A stretch of DNA of 64,000 nt from Acidobacteriota bacterium. GTDB taxonomy: Bacteria > Acidobacteriota > UBA6911 > RPQK01 > JAJDTT01. The notes below the pieces were generated by a model. The model worked only from the letters and a program-made list of their open reading frames with translations. It was not told the DNA's origin and ran no database searches. The DNA lies in the NCBI GenBank assembly GCA_965231825.1, contig OZ246889.1, forward strand, positions 2,319,443 through 2,383,442, in the 5' to 3' direction. The position numbers and the translations under genes are program-made. Positions 37,581 to 47,523 of the stretch are shown here, piece after piece; position 1 is the first letter of the stretch; every line of letters starts with the position of its first letter.

Positions 37581-39105
37581 TGCTTCGGACTACCTGTGCT
37601 TGCTTTACCTGGTCCAGCCGGTCCACCAGCAGTTGAATGCTGCCGTCCATGGTTCTCAGAAAGGTGCCGGAGCCGATCCCCATCCAGAGCGAAAGCGCGA
37701 TGGCCGGAATCAGCATCGCCCCCTCCCGGAAGCTCAGGTCCGGCAGCCGGCGGTTCGCTTCCTTCCCGACCCGTCCCATGAAGACCCGCTGGTACATCCA
37801 GAGCATGTATGCCGCCGAAAGAATCACTCCGCAGACGGCAACGGCGGCGGCCGGAACATTGGTGAGAAAGGTCCCCTGGAGAATCAGGAACTCGCCCACG
37901 AACCCGCCGAGGCCGGGCAGCCCGATGCTACCCAGCAGGACGATGAAGAAGCAGGCCGAGTAGCGCGGCATGGAATGGGCCAGCCCCCCGAACTCGTCGA
38001 TCCGTCGGGTATGACGGCGGTCGTAGAGGATCCCCACCAGCAGAAACAGGGCTCCGGTGGAGACTCCGTGATTGAGCATCTGGTAGGCCGCCCCCTCCAT
38101 GGACTGGAAGCTGAAGGAGAAGATTCCCAGCACCACGAAGCCCAGGTGGCTGACGGAAGAGTAGGCCACGAGCCGCTTCAGGTCGGGCTGAACCATGGCC
38201 ACGAGAGCGCCGTAGATGATGCCGATCAGCGCCAGGATGCAGATCGCCGGCGCCAACTGCGCCGATGCCCAGGGGAAGAGGGGCAGACAGAAACGCAGGA
38301 TCCCGTAGGCCCCCATTTTGAGCAGGACCCCGGCCAGGATCACGGAAGCGGCCGTGGGGGCTTCCGTGTGGGCGTCCGGCAACCAGGTGTGCAGCGGAAA
38401 GACGGGAATCTTGACGGCGAACGCCACGAAGAACAGGCCGAAGAGAAGGGTTTCGACTCCCGGGGAAAGAACCACCTCGCCCCGTTGCAGGATCCCGATC
38501 ATGTCGACCAGATCGAAGTTGCCGGTTCCCATCAGGAAATAGAGGATGACGATCCCCGCCAACATCAGCAGCGAACCCGCCATGGTGTAGATGAAAAACT
38601 TCACCGCGGCGTAGATCCGCCGGCTCGACCCCCAGATCCCGATCAGGAAATACATGGGAATCAGGGAGACCTCCCAGAAGACGTAGAAAAGGATCAGGTC
38701 CAGAGCCAGGAAGACGCCCAGGATCCCCACCTCCAACAGCAGGATGGAGGCCAGGTAGAGCTTGAGCTTGTCCTTCAGATTCCAACTGGACAACAGGGCC
38801 AAGGGGATCAGGACGGTGGTCAGGAGCACCAGGAGCAGGCTGATCCCGTCCAGTCCCAGGTAGTACTGGACTCGAAACCCGGCAGCCTGGAACCAGTCGG
38901 CCTGCTCCACCATCTGGAAGGCTCCAGTCTGGTTGTCAAAATTCCTGAAGAGAACCACCGACCAGAGAAACGCCGCCAGGGATGCGATCAGCGCGGCCCA
39001 TTTCAGGAGTCGTTCTCGTCCCGGCGGGAGCAGGCAGACCACGGCTGCTCCGATCGTCGGAATCAACAGCATCAGGCTAAGAGGAGACGTAGCCAAGGGC
39101 ATCAA
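37570..39105 (-). CDS. nuoM: NADH-quinone oxidoreductase subunit M
   Basis: NuoM/ND4 family (..GIDGISLLLVLLTT.., WLPDAHTEAPTAASVILAGVLLKMG). Confidence 0.95.
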   Translation of the reverse strand: MMPLATSPLSLMLLIPTIGAAVVCLLPPGRERLLKWAALIASLAAFLWSVVLFRNFDNQTGAFQMVEQADWFQAAGFRVQYYLGLDGISLLLVLLTTVLIPLALLSSWNLKDKLKLYLASILLLEVGILGVFLALDLILFYVFWEVSLIPMYFLIGIWGSSRRIYAAVKFFIYTMAGSLLMLAGIVILYFLMGTGNFDLVDMIGILQRGEVVLSPGVETLLFGLFFVAFAVKIPVFPLHTWLPDAHTEAPTAASVILAGVLLKMGAYGILRFCLPLFPWASAQLAPAICILALIGIIYGALVAMVQPDLKRLVAYSSVSHLGFVVLGIFSFSFQSMEGAAYQMLNHGVSTGALFLLVGILYDRRHTRRIDEFGGLAHSMPRYSACFFIVLLGSIGLPGLGGFVGEFLILQGTFLTNVPAAAVAVCGVILSAAYMLWMYQRVFMGRVGKEANRRLPDLSFREGAMLIPAIALSLWMGIGSGTFLRTMDGSIQLLVDRLDQVKQAQVVRSNVP

Positions 39106-41036
39106 TCGATCACGCTATAGAGATACAAGAAGACGAGCGCGGCCCCGGTCACGATCCAGGCCGCGTAAGTGCGGGTGTTCCCGCTCTGCATCCGGGTCGC
39201 CACGCCGCTCCATCGCCGAAACAGGGAGGCGGTGCCGTTGACCGCCCCATCCACGATGCCTACGTCGACGGCTCTCCACAAGACGCGCCTGGACAGTGCC
39301 TTGAGACCGCCGACCACGAACCGGGAATAGGCCTGATCGATCCGGAACTGGTGCAGGAGCGTGCCGTGGAGCCCCGGATACCGGTCCGCCAGCCGCCGGG
39401 GAAGAGACTGGTCCCCAGCGTAGAGGCGGTAGGCCAGGCCGGCGCCCAAAAGGCTGATGGCCAGCGCCACGCCGCCTGCCAGCAACTCCAGACTGTGGGA
39501 GGCGTGACTCGCCGAGACGCCGTGGTCATAGGAGTACCGGAACACGGGCGCCAGAAAGCGGTCCAGACGGTGATCGCCCAGGTAGGCCGGCAGACCGGCG
39601 ATTCCGGCGACCGCCGCCGCTCCGGCCAGAATGGTCAGCGGCGCGGTGACCGCAGTTCCCGCTTCCGAGCCGGATTTCCCGTGGCCGTGGCCGGGCGTAC
39701 CGTAAAAGGCCAGGAACATGAGTCGGCACATGTAGAAGGCGGTGAGGCCGGCCACCACCAGGCCCGCCACCCAGAAGACCGGATGTCCCAGGGGACCGTC
39801 GAGCGTTCGCCATAGGATCTCGTCTTTGGAGAAGAACCCGGACAAGGGGAAAATCCCGGCCAGGGCCGCGGTCCCCACCCACATGGTCCAACAGGTCACT
39901 CTCAGGGAGTTCTTCAGTCCTCCCATGCGGAACAGGTCGAGCTCGTGGTGAAGCCGCAGCAGGACGCTGCCCGCCCCCAGGAAGAGCAGGGCCTTGAAAA
40001 AGGCGTGGGTGAAGAGGTGAAAGATCCCGGTGCTGAAGGCTCCCACACCCAGCGCCATGAACATGTAGCCCAGTTGACTGATGGTGGAGTAGGCCAGGAC
40101 CTTCTTGATGTCCCGCTGGACCAGCGCCGTCAGGGCCGCCAGGAGCGCCGTCAAGACACCGACGACGGCGATCAGGAGGAGCACGTCGGGCGCCCGGCTG
40201 TAGAGGGCGGCCGAGCGCACCACCAGGTAGACGCCGGCGGTCACCATGGTGGCGGCGTGGATCAGGGCGCTCACCGGAGTGGGGCCCTCCATGGCGTCCG
40301 GCAGCCAGACTTGAAGCGGGATTTGGGCGCTCTTGCCGGTCGCCCCCAGAAACAGGAGCAGAGTGATTGCCGCCAGAACGGTGAAGCCGCTCTCGGGTTG
40401 GGGATGGGTCCGGCTCACGATTTCGAAGAGGGATCCGAACTCCAGAGTGCCGAAGGTCTTGAAAATCAGGAAAACACCCAGGAGAAAACAGGCGTCCCCC
40501 ACCCGATTCACGACGAAGGCCTTCTTGGCCGCATCCCCGGCGCTCTTCCGTTCAATGTAGTAGCCGATCAAGAGATAGGAGCAGAGGCCCACGCCTTCCC
40601 AGCCCACGAACAGCAGCAGGTAGTTCCCCGCCATCACCAGCAGGGACATCATGAACACGAAGAGGTTGAGATAGGCGAAATAACGGTACAGACCCGTCTC
40701 GCCCTCCATGTAGGCCGTGGAGTAGACGTGAATCAGGAACCCGACTCCCGTGATGACCAGGAGCATGATCATGGAGAGAGGGTCCAGCAGGAAGCTGCAC
40801 TCGGCGGTGAAGGTTCCCGCCTGAATCCAGGTGAAGAGGCGGTGGACGATCTGCTGCTCCGGTGCCGGCAGCCGGATGAACTCGGCGAAGACGGCCAGCA
40901 GGAACAGGAAGCTGGCTCCGGTAGCCGTGCAGCCGACACTGGAGACGATGCGAGCCGGCAGCCGCTTCCCGACCAGGCCGTTGAACAGGAAGCCGGCGAG
41001 GGGTGGGGCCAGAGCCAACCAGAAGTACTCGATCAT
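39102..41036 (-). CDS. nuoL: NADH-quinone oxidoreductase subunit L
   Basis: NuoL/ND5 family with a long C-terminal amphipathic-helix region. Start at ATG 41036 (MIEYFWLALAPPLAG). The track extension to 41186 would overlap nuoK. Confidence 0.95.
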   Translation of the reverse strand: MIEYFWLALAPPLAGFLFNGLVGKRLPARIVSSVGCTATGASFLFLLAVFAEFIRLPAPEQQIVHRLFTWIQAGTFTAECSFLLDPLSMIMLLVITGVGFLIHVYSTAYMEGETGLYRYFAYLNLFVFMMSLLVMAGNYLLLFVGWEGVGLCSYLLIGYYIERKSAGDAAKKAFVVNRVGDACFLLGVFLIFKTFGTLEFGSLFEIVSRTHPQPESGFTVLAAITLLLFLGATGKSAQIPLQVWLPDAMEGPTPVSALIHAATMVTAGVYLVVRSAALYSRAPDVLLLIAVVGVLTALLAALTALVQRDIKKVLAYSTISQLGYMFMALGVGAFSTGIFHLFTHAFFKALLFLGAGSVLLRLHHELDLFRMGGLKNSLRVTCWTMWVGTAALAGIFPLSGFFSKDEILWRTLDGPLGHPVFWVAGLVVAGLTAFYMCRLMFLAFYGTPGHGHGKSGSEAGTAVTAPLTILAGAAAVAGIAGLPAYLGDHRLDRFLAPVFRYSYDHGVSASHASHSLELLAGGVALAISLLGAGLAYRLYAGDQSLPRRLADRYPGLHGTLLHQFRIDQAYSRFVVGGLKALSRRVLWRAVDVGIVDGAVNGTASLFRRWSGVATRMQSGNTRTYAAWIVTGAALVFLYLYSVID

Positions 41037-41038
41037 GG

Positions 41039-41350
41039 TCAGCCCTGAAGCCTGTTGACGGAATCGATGTCCAGAGACTGGGAGTGCCGGTCGAGACCCA
41101 GGATCAGCGCCAGTCCCACCGCCGCCTCCGCCGCGGCCACGGTCATGACGAAGAAGACGAAGATGTGGGCGTCCACTTGGTTCCACGTCCGCGCGTAGGC
41201 CAGAAACGTGAGGTTGACGGCGTTGAGCATCAATTCCACCGACATGAACATGGTGATGACGTTGCGTCTGACGATGAAGCCGGCGACCCCGATGACGAAG
41301 AGGACCGCGCCCAGCGCCAGGTAGTGAGTGGCAGGGATCATACCCATCAC
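41039..41350 (-). CDS. nuoK: NADH-quinone oxidoreductase subunit K
   Basis: 103 aa, 3 TM; ..SVELMLNAVNLTF..VAAAEAAVGLALI.. matches NuoK/ND4L. Confidence 0.95.
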   Translation of the reverse strand: MMGMIPATHYLALGAVLFVIGVAGFIVRRNVITMFMSVELMLNAVNLTFLAYARTWNQVDAHIFVFFVMTVAAAEAAVGLALILGLDRHSQSLDIDSVNRLQG

Positions 41351-41846
41351 TCGGGACGATGCTTGACCAGGACGACGGCGCCCAGAATGGCCACCAGGAT
41401 CAAAATGGAGGTGACCTCGAAGGGCAGCAGATAGTCCTGGAAGAGAATCTGGGCGATCTCTTTCGGACCCTCGCCTGATCCGATCGGGTCAACTGATCCG
41501 CGGGGACGCGACGCCGGGAAGACACGAAGCAGAACAAACGCCAGGAAGGCGGCTGCCGGCAATGCGGCCAAGGCCGTCTTCTTGAACCGGTCGGGACCGA
41601 ACCTCTCCGACTTCGGATCCACAAGCATGATCACGAACAGGAACAGGACCATGATGGCCCCGGCGTAAACGATGACCTGCAGAGCGGCGACGAGGGCGGC
41701 TCCCAACTGAAAGTAGAGGATGGCCAAGGCACCGAAGCAGACGATCAGGGAGAATGCGCTGTGGACGGCGCGCTGCTGGAGAACGACCAAAAGGGCGGAG
41801 CCGACGGCTACGGCTGCAAAAACGTAAAAGACGATCTGCTCCACAC
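41347..41846 (-). CDS. nuoJ: NADH-quinone oxidoreductase subunit J
   Basis: VEQIVFYVFAAVAVGSALLVV... is the NuoJ/ND6 pattern. GTG start at 41846 with a GGGGGAG RBS. The track ORF to 42159 is a non-coding extension. Confidence 0.85.
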
Positions 41847-41872
41847 TTGGCTCCCCCGCTTGCGGAGAATGA

Positions 41873-41901
41873 ATCTTAGTGAAGGGCCCGAATGGTGTCA
41901 A
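41873..41901 (-). promoter_or_regulatory. Near-consensus sigma70 promoter for nuoJKLMN (-35 TTGACA, 17 nt, -10 TAAGAT)
   Basis: Minus strand reads cgttcgTTGACAccattcgggcccttcacTAAGATtcattctccgcaagcgggggagccaagtGTG. No nuoA-I genes lie upstream in this window. Confidence 0.4.
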
Positions 41902-42183
41902 CGAACGGACCCGAAATCGGGCTGCGGCGAGTTCCTCATTTTCCTTACGATACGGTAAGGTGCTGATAGGGCTTGTCCGGCAGGAGGACACAGTCGATGC
42001 GGGCACGGCGATGGGTACGTCGGGCGTGGAACATTTGGGCACGGCAGCCGTTTGGTTGGAGGCATCAGTCTCGTTGTGGGAGATGAGCGACCATGCCCGC
42101 GCCAGGAAGGGTTCGGCCCAATGCGATCTCGACGATCTGAAACGAGTCTTGGGGGTCATCCGCGGAAGTCTGGAGAATCAGGA

Positions 42184-44166
42184 GTGATCTTACCTCGGCT
42201 GGGGCTCATTCTGGTCGTCCTGTTGGGCTCGTTCTGCACACCCGAGCCCAGGCGTCCCGGGTTCAAGGTCGTGGTCCTGGGCTTCGACGGCGTGGACCCC
42301 GACCTGGTGGATCGATGGATCGAGGAGCTTCCCACCATCCGCCGCCTGGGAGAGCAGGGGACGCTGACCAACCTGGGAACGACCAACCCCCCCGAGTCCC
42401 CGGTGGCCTGGGCCAGTTTCGCCACCGGACTCAATCCGGGCCGCCACGGGATCTTCGACTTTCTCCGGCGGGACCCTGTCACCTACATGCCCGACATTGG
42501 ACTCGTGAAGGTGGAGAAGCCTCGTTTCCTGTTCAAGACCATCCCCATCCGCGGAGCCCGATTGACCAACAACCGCAAAGGCGTCCCCTTCTGGGAGCAC
42601 CTGGATCGCGCCGGAATCGTCACCGCCAATCTGCGGCTTCCCCTGGAGTTTCCGGCCCGGTCCCTGGACCATGGGACCACGCTGTCGGGGCTGGGGGTGC
42701 CCGATGTCCGGGGGACCTGGGGGACCTACTTCTACCTCTCCACCGACGTGAGCCGCTGGGATCTGCAGGATACGGAGTTCGGCGGCCGGGTGATCCGCCT
42801 GGAAGGGGAGGACGGCCGTTTTCAAGCGCAGATCGACGGACCCGCGGACCCCAGGGAGGAGGACCTGGTCCGGCTGACGATCCCGCTGTCGGTGGAGTTG
42901 GACCCGCAGTCGACCTCCCTGACGCTCAGGCTCCAGGATCAGGAAGAGGAAGTCGGCGAGGGACAGTGGAGCGACTGGTTCCGTTTCGTCTTCTCCGCGG
43001 GGCCGCTGGTCAAGATCCGGGGAATCAGCCGTTTCTACGTGCTGGAGACCTTTCCCGAAGTGCGGCTCTACCTGATGCCCATCAGCCTCGATCCGGCCGA
43101 TCCGGTCCTGCCTCTCTCGACTCCGGCCGAATACTCGGAAGACCTCGTTGCCCAACTCGCCCCGTTCAAGACTCTCGGCTGGGTCCATGAGACCTGGGGA
43201 CTGAACGAGGAGCAAATCGACGAGCAGGTCTTTCTGGAGGACCTCTTCCGCAACATGAACCACTTGGAGCGGCTCCTGATGCACGAACTGGACCGAGGTC
43301 AGGCCTCCCTGTATACGGCCGTCTTCACGGCCACCGATAGCGCCGCCCACATGTTCTACCGTTTCATCGATCCCCACCATCCCCGTTACGACGAGGAGGG
43401 CGCTCAGGCCTACGGCAGAGCCCTGTTGAACGTCTACCGGAAAATGGACTCCATCCTTTCCCGGGTCCTGGAGCACCTGGATCCCCAGGATCTGCTGCTG
43501 GTCGTTTCCGACCATGGGTTTCACTCCTGGCGCAAGGAATTCAACACCAACAGCTGGCTCCTGGAGAATGGCTACCTGCGCTTCAAGGACGGGCAGGCCG
43601 AGACCGAAATGAAACGGATGGAGCAGGTGTATCGCGGCGGCAGCTTCTTCCCCAACGTGGACTGGAGCCGGACTCGAGCCTATGCCCTGGGCCTGGGCCA
43701 TATCTATGTGAACCTGAGGGGGCGGGAAGGTCAGGGAATCGTCGAACCGGGCCGTGACTATATGGATCTGATTCGGGAAATATCTCGGGATATTCTCGAG
43801 TACCGGGACCCGGAAACCGGGGAGACCGTATTGCAGAACGCTTATTTCAGGGACGAGATCTACTCCGGTGATGAGATCGAGCATGCCGGAGACATCCAAC
43901 TCAGCTTCCGTTCCGGCTACCGGACTTCTTGGCAGACGGCCTTGGGCGCGGTGCCGGAGCACGTCCTCGTCGCCAACCTTAGAAAATGGAGCGGCGACCA
44001 CTGTGCTTCCGATTTTTCGGATACTGAGGGTTTTGCGGTCTCAACTCGCGTCATCGTTTCGGACAATCCGCACATCATGGATGTGGCGCCGACGCTGTAC
44101 CGCTTGTTTCAGGTCGAGAATCCCGAACCCCTGGACGGCCGCGCCTGGTCATTCGAATCGCCATGA
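42184..44166 (+). CDS. Alkaline-phosphatase-superfamily enzyme (type I phosphodiesterase/nucleotide pyrophosphatase-like), secreted
   Basis: Signal-like N-terminus (VILPRLGLILVVLLGSFC), VVVLGFDGVDPDLV metal-binding N-terminal motif and a LLLVVSDHGFHSW core. GTG start with an AGGAG RBS; the track start at 42052 is upstream non-coding. Confidence 0.7.
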   Translation: MILPRLGLILVVLLGSFCTPEPRRPGFKVVVLGFDGVDPDLVDRWIEELPTIRRLGEQGTLTNLGTTNPPESPVAWASFATGLNPGRHGIFDFLRRDPVTYMPDIGLVKVEKPRFLFKTIPIRGARLTNNRKGVPFWEHLDRAGIVTANLRLPLEFPARSLDHGTTLSGLGVPDVRGTWGTYFYLSTDVSRWDLQDTEFGGRVIRLEGEDGRFQAQIDGPADPREEDLVRLTIPLSVELDPQSTSLTLRLQDQEEEVGEGQWSDWFRFVFSAGPLVKIRGISRFYVLETFPEVRLYLMPISLDPADPVLPLSTPAEYSEDLVAQLAPFKTLGWVHETWGLNEEQIDEQVFLEDLFRNMNHLERLLMHELDRGQASLYTAVFTATDSAAHMFYRFIDPHHPRYDEEGAQAYGRALLNVYRKMDSILSRVLEHLDPQDLLLVVSDHGFHSWRKEFNTNSWLLENGYLRFKDGQAETEMKRMEQVYRGGSFFPNVDWSRTRAYALGLGHIYVNLRGREGQGIVEPGRDYMDLIREISRDILEYRDPETGETVLQNAYFRDEIYSGDEIEHAGDIQLSFRSGYRTSWQTALGAVPEHVLVANLRKWSGDHCASDFSDTEGFAVSTRVIVSDNPHIMDVAPTLYRLFQVENPEPLDGRAWSFESP

Positions 44167-45086
44167 GATGCCTGGTCACGGGTGGGACCGGCTTCCTGGG
44201 GAGCGTTCTGGTGCGCAGGCTCCGGGAACGGGGGCACGACGTGACGGTCGCTTCCAGATCCCGGGGTCAGGACGTGACCCGCATCCGGACCTTGGAACCC
44301 GGCTTCCGGGACGTCGAGGCGGTGTTTCATCTGGCCGCCCTGGTCCAGTCCCGGCCCGGCCCCTTCCTGAGGGTCAACGTGGATGGATTGAGAAACGTCC
44401 TGGAACTGGCTCGGCGCCACCGGGTTGCCAGGATGGTCCACGTTTCTTCGTTCACCATCTTCGGTCCCAGCGGTGACGGAACCCATACCGAGGAACGGAT
44501 TCCGGACCGTAACCGATTCTTCCACGGGTACGATCAGAGCAAATACGAGGCCTTTCGACTGGCCTGCCGGTGGAAGAACCGGCTTCCCATGAACACGGTC
44601 TTTCCCACTGTCGTGTACGGCCCCGGGCCGATGACGGAGGGGAACCTGCTGGTGCGGCTCCTTCGGCGGTGGAAGAAGCTGCGGGTGGCGGCACTGCCCG
44701 GCCGCGGGGCCCCCTGCTGGAACTTCGTCTACGTGGACGACGTCGCCGAAGGCCTGGTTCGATGCCTGGGTGCCGACCCTGGGGAGGATTTTGTCCTGGG
44801 AGGAGAAAACCGGACGCTCCGGGATCTGTATGCGACCTTCCGAAGGGTCGCAGACGTGCCGATCGTTTCCCTGGGTCTTCCGGATAGGCTGTTTCACGCC
44901 GGCGCCCGGTTGGAGGACTGGAGCGCGCGGCTGCGTGGGGCCTCGCCGTTGCTGGTCCCCTCAACGGCCGAGTTCTTTCTCCGGAACTGGCGATTCTCCT
45001 CGGGCAAGGCCCGCACCCATCTGGGCTACTCGGCCCGCTCCCTGGAGGAGGGCCTGAGCCGTACGAACCGGTGGCTGGGGTCATGA
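44163..45086 (+). CDS. NAD-dependent epimerase/dehydratase (SDR family)
   Basis: MRCLVTGGTGFLGSVLVRRL (TGxxGxxG Rossmann) and a catalytic YxxxK region (YDQSKYEA). Confidence 0.85.
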   Translation: MRCLVTGGTGFLGSVLVRRLRERGHDVTVASRSRGQDVTRIRTLEPGFRDVEAVFHLAALVQSRPGPFLRVNVDGLRNVLELARRHRVARMVHVSSFTIFGPSGDGTHTEERIPDRNRFFHGYDQSKYEAFRLACRWKNRLPMNTVFPTVVYGPGPMTEGNLLVRLLRRWKKLRVAALPGRGAPCWNFVYVDDVAEGLVRCLGADPGEDFVLGGENRTLRDLYATFRRVADVPIVSLGLPDRLFHAGARLEDWSARLRGASPLLVPSTAEFFLRNWRFSSGKARTHLGYSARSLEEGLSRTNRWLGS

Positions 45087-46414
45087 GAGACAGAGGCGAG
45101 GACCTGAGGCAGTTGGAACATGTGCTGCCCCTGGCCTTCGCCTTTCTCCTTCCCTACGTGGACTACGGGCTGATCCTGCTCCTGAGCCTCTTTTCGTTCT
45201 TCTACGCCGCGTTCATCTCGCCCCGTTGGATCCGCGTGACGACGCGGGCCTCTGAACGGGAAGCGGGATTCTCCCCCGGCAAGCTCTACTACGCCTTCGG
45301 CATCATGATGCTGCTTCTCCTGTTTCGCGAACACCTTCACGTCGCGGCGGCCGTTTGGGCCGTTCTGGCAGTGGGTGACTCGGTTTCCAATCTGGCGGGA
45401 CGGCGGTGGCCGTGGGCCCCACTCCCTTACAATCGGGAGAAGAGCCTGGGCGGCTCCATCGGCTTCTTCATGGGGGCGGCCGTGGGTTCCTGGACCCTCC
45501 TGGTCTGGAACCTGCCGCAATCGGACGGAAGTTCCAGTCTCAAGCTGGCCGCATGCTGTCTTTTCGGTTCCCTGGTCTGCACGTTGGCCGAGTCGCTGCC
45601 GAACCTGGTGGACGACAATCTGGTCATCGTGGTGGCCGGCGCCGGGATCTTCCCGCTGCTCCTGGGCGCGCCCGACCTGATTCCCGAGCTTGCCGAGCCC
45701 TGGTCCCACGCGGTTGGAATCAACTTCCTCCTGGCCGGCCTCAGCGTGATGGTGGGTTGGATCTCCTGGCGCGGCGCCGCTGCCGGTCTGGTTCTGGGGA
45801 TCGGCGTCTACCTGTCGACGGGAGCCGCGGGCTATGCCGTCCTCTGCGTCTTTTTCTTCCTGGGCGGGTTCAGCACCTGGTTGGGGAAGGCTCGGAAAGA
45901 GGCTCTGGGAGTCGCGGAAGAGAATCTCGGACAGAGAGGCGTGGCCAATGTTCTGTCCAAGGGACTGGTCGCGGGCATCCTGGCGCTGCTGTTTTTCTGG
46001 ACCGACAGTACGGTGGCGCGGGTGGCCTACACCGGCGCCCTGGCCGCCGCCACCCTGGACACGGTCGCCACCGAGATCGGGCAATGGTTGGGAAAGGCTC
46101 CCCGGGATCTCCGATCCTTCAGACCAGTTGCGGTGGGGACTCCCGGAGCCGTTTCACTTGCGGGCACGCTGGCGGGATCGGTTGCGGCCCTGGCGGTCTC
46201 TTCGGTTCCGGTCCTGTGGAGCTGGGTCCCCGTGTCGGCACTGCCGGCGTTGGTGGCCGGAGCCGTTGCGGGGAATGCCGTCGAGTCTTGGACGGCCGGC
46301 ACCGGCCGGGACGCCCCGGGCCGGCACCAGGTGCTCAACTTGTACAATACGTTGGTGGGAGCCTGGGCCAGCGGCGGAATCTGGATCCTTTTCTGTTCTC
46401 CGGCGACCCCTTGA
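45071..46414 (+). CDS. Polytopic membrane protein: CTP-dependent polyprenol/phytol-kinase-like N-terminal half fused to a DUF92 (TMEM19-like) C-terminal half
   Basis: N-half has NREKSLGGSIGFFMGAAVGS (CDS/dolichol-kinase-type C-motif). C-half has repeated G/A-rich TM helices typical of DUF92 (VSLAGTLAGSVAALAV). 16-nt overlap with the epimerase. Confidence 0.5.
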   Translation: MAGVMRDRGEDLRQLEHVLPLAFAFLLPYVDYGLILLLSLFSFFYAAFISPRWIRVTTRASEREAGFSPGKLYYAFGIMMLLLLFREHLHVAAAVWAVLAVGDSVSNLAGRRWPWAPLPYNREKSLGGSIGFFMGAAVGSWTLLVWNLPQSDGSSSLKLAACCLFGSLVCTLAESLPNLVDDNLVIVVAGAGIFPLLLGAPDLIPELAEPWSHAVGINFLLAGLSVMVGWISWRGAAAGLVLGIGVYLSTGAAGYAVLCVFFFLGGFSTWLGKARKEALGVAEENLGQRGVANVLSKGLVAGILALLFFWTDSTVARVAYTGALAAATLDTVATEIGQWLGKAPRDLRSFRPVAVGTPGAVSLAGTLAGSVAALAVSSVPVLWSWVPVSALPALVAGAVAGNAVESWTAGTGRDAPGRHQVLNLYNTLVGAWASGGIWILFCSPATP

Positions 46415-46507
46415 GAATTGGATCGACGCCGATGGATTCACGACGAAACGGAATCGCCGCCGGTTGCCCGTGCTTTCCGGGTTTCGAAGTCAAGCACCCG
46501 CCGCGTC

Positions 46508-47434
46508 ATGCCTGAACCAATCGTCCGCTACTTCAGGTTCATTCGGCCATTCACCCTGCTGGTGCCGGCTCTGGGAATGGTCTGCGCCGCCCTCATGGGG
46601 CTCTCGGTGGATCCGCAAGGAGTGTCCGACTGGAGCGCGGGTGGCGAAGGGATCTTCTTGAGGATCCTGGCCGGCGCCGTTCTGGCGGCGTCGCTGAACG
46701 CCTTTTCCAACGGCCTCAACCAGATCTTCGACCTGGAGATCGACCGGATAAACAAGCCTCACCGCCTGTTGCCGTCGGGGCGCATCTCCATGCTGGAAGC
46801 CTGGTGCCTGAGCCTGGTCTTCCTGGCCATCGCCCTGCTTCTGGCCGCCTGGATCAATCTCCAGTGTTTCTTCATCGTTCTTGGAGGCGCCTTGGGAACC
46901 TGTCTCTACTCGGTGCCTCCAGCGCGGACCAAGTCCCGAGGCATCTGGGCCAACCTGACCATCGCCGTGGTCCGGGGAACGCTGCTCCCGGTGGCCGGTT
47001 GGTCCACCGTGAAGCATGTGCTGCAGCCGGAGCCCTGGGTTCTCGGGGCGATCCTGGGAATATTTTTTTTGGGAGCCGTCACCACGAAGGACTTCTCCGA
47101 CGTGGAGGGGGACCGCCGGGGAGGCTGCCGGACGCTTCCCGTCATCTATGGCGTACAGCGGTCGATCCGGATCATCGCGCCATTCTTCGTCCTGCCATTT
47201 CTGGCCCTTGTTCCCGGCACGGTTTTCGGGTTCCTGTCCGGGCAACCGTCACTGCTGGTGATTCTGGGGCTGCTGCTCGCCGGTTGGGGCGGCCGGATCA
47301 TCCTCCTGCTCGTCAGGTCCTCTCGGGAATGGGAAGGAAAAGTGGACTGGGAGAACCATCCCAGTTGGCGGCAGATGTATCTCCTGACCCTGATGGCCCA
47401 GGTCGGTTTGGCCTTGGCCTATCTGCTGCGTTGA
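46508..47434 (+). CDS. UbiA-family aromatic/lipid prenyltransferase
   Basis: NAFSNGLNQIFDLEIDRINKPHRLLPSG (first Asp-rich motif plus RxLPSG), a second motif TKDFSDVEGDRRGG, and 8-9 TM helices. Confidence 0.8.
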   Translation: MPEPIVRYFRFIRPFTLLVPALGMVCAALMGLSVDPQGVSDWSAGGEGIFLRILAGAVLAASLNAFSNGLNQIFDLEIDRINKPHRLLPSGRISMLEAWCLSLVFLAIALLLAAWINLQCFFIVLGGALGTCLYSVPPARTKSRGIWANLTIAVVRGTLLPVAGWSTVKHVLQPEPWVLGAILGIFFLGAVTTKDFSDVEGDRRGGCRTLPVIYGVQRSIRIIAPFFVLPFLALVPGTVFGFLSGQPSLLVILGLLLAGWGGRIILLLVRSSREWEGKVDWENHPSWRQMYLLTLMAQVGLALAYLLR

Positions 47435-47523
47435 AGCAGGTCTCGCGCGGTTGATGTGCGTCTGCTGCCGGCTGGCAGACCGGCGCGGCGTCGTAGTAGA
47501 CTGGGCTCGAAAACGATGGACCC

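Noticed and set aside
41347-42159. 270-aa nuoJ ORF with a long N-terminal extension
   Set aside because: The extension is non-conserved and covers the promoter region. A GTG at 41846 with a GGGGGAG RBS gives the canonical NuoJ N-terminus.
42052-42183. Upstream ATG start for the AlkP-family gene
   Set aside because: The N-terminal extension lacks a signal peptide and any RBS. The GTG at 42184 has an AGGAG RBS and starts at the hydrophobic signal sequence.
47435-47523. Possible TPP riboswitch upstream of thiSG
   Set aside because: No CUGAGA / ACCUGAUCUGGAUAAUGCCAGCG-type TPP-aptamer core motifs are visible. Only a GC hairpin (GTCTGC...GCAGAC) lacking a U-tract is present, probably the 3' end structure of the ubiA-like gene.
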